Positions 63,392-64,000 of a DNA stretch of 64,000 nt are shown here, in pieces. How positions within the stretch are numbered: the first letter of the stretch is position 1; each line of letters opens with the position of its first letter. The stretch is taken from assembly GCA_964016885.1 (NCBI GenBank), contig OZ024753.1, forward strand, positions 22,382,001 through 22,446,000, given 5' to 3'. The DNA comes from Eledone cirrhosa. Its lineage: Eukaryota. Made by a program: the position numbers and the translations under genes. Under the pieces are notes generated by a model. It did no database searches and was not told where the DNA came from. It worked only from the letters and a program-made list of their open reading frames with translations.

Positions 63392-64000
63392 ATGACCTCA
63401 CTCAGAATAGGCAGCATAAATGCGCGTGGCTTGGGGTCGTCATGGAAGCAGGGTCACCTGCTCAACGACCTCAGGTCACTAAACATAGATGTAGTGGCCA
63501 TCAGCGAGACCAGAATCTCCGAAGCACGGGCCTTCGCACCGATCTTCGGCGGCTACGATGTGTACGCATCTCCCAGCCGTCCTGGATCGGGTGGAGGAGT
63601 TGCTGTGCTTTTTCGGAGAGGTTTGGATCTCGCCATACGGGCCATCTTCCTGGACCCAGAGGGTAAGCTGGTGGTGCTGGACGTGACCAGCGGAGACGGG
63701 CAAGCTTTCAGGCTAGTGGCCGTCTATGCCCCGACAGGAGCAGGGCGGCCTGATTTCTTCCGGCGTCTGGAGACCTTTCTTGGAACGTCGCGCTCTTTAG
63801 TGTTAGTGGGCGACTGGAACGGGATCTTAGATGCACGCTGGGACTGTGTGGGATTAGCGGATAGGGGTGGAGGGTGCAAGAGCCTCACCAACCTGCTCAG
63901 GCGTTTTGAACTGTCTGACAGGTACCGATTGGATTTCCCGAATGTGCCAATGTGGACTTGGACAAACCGCATAGGGTCATCCAGATCATATCTAGATAGA
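63392..64000 (+). CDS. Tx1-like ORF2, APE endonuclease N-terminus (partial; not in the ORF track because it has no stop inside the window)
   Basis: MTSLRIGSINARGLGSSWKQGHLLNDLRSLNIDVVAISETR...GGGVAVLF...VYAPTG...VGDWNG. Confidence 0.9.
   Translation, partial: MTSLRIGSINARGLGSSWKQGHLLNDLRSLNIDVVAISETRISEARAFAPIFGGYDVYASPSRPGSGGGVAVLFRRGLDLAIRAIFLDPEGKLVVLDVTSGDGQAFRLVAVYAPTGAGRPDFFRRLETFLGTSRSLVLVGDWNGILDARWDCVGLADRGGGCKSLTNLLRRFELSDRYRLDFPNVPMWTWTNRIGSSRSYLDR

Larger units (their letters stand above)
61044..64000 (+). mobile_element. Second Tx1/L1-clade LINE (distinct subfamily), runs off the window end
   Basis: Starts straight after (ATT)n; intact ORF1; ORF2 start homologous to 49407. Confidence 0.9.

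Overview
Animal (non-bacterial) repetitive DNA with no recognisable host gene. The SINE families resemble those of octopus/cephalopods (inference). Positions 1-23147 are a 52-bp satellite with higher-order periods. The array runs without a break into the body of a tRNA-derived SINE, and many monomers carry a Pol III B-box. Positions 23.3-41.8 kb hold micro/minisatellites, an internally deleted Helitron, a decayed Penelope-like element whose two terminal repeats each carry a hammerhead ribozyme, a fold-back Tc1/mariner-type MITE and Deu/Nin-type SINEs. Positions 41.8-64 kb are a stack of non-LTR retrotransposons joined almost entirely by (ATT)n tracts: six R4/Dong-like copies from two families (all minus strand) and two Tx1/L1-like elements (both plus strand). 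One R4-like copy is full length with a single in-frame stop, and its 5' UTR can form several pseudoknots. Coordinates were read by eye and may be off by a few bases.
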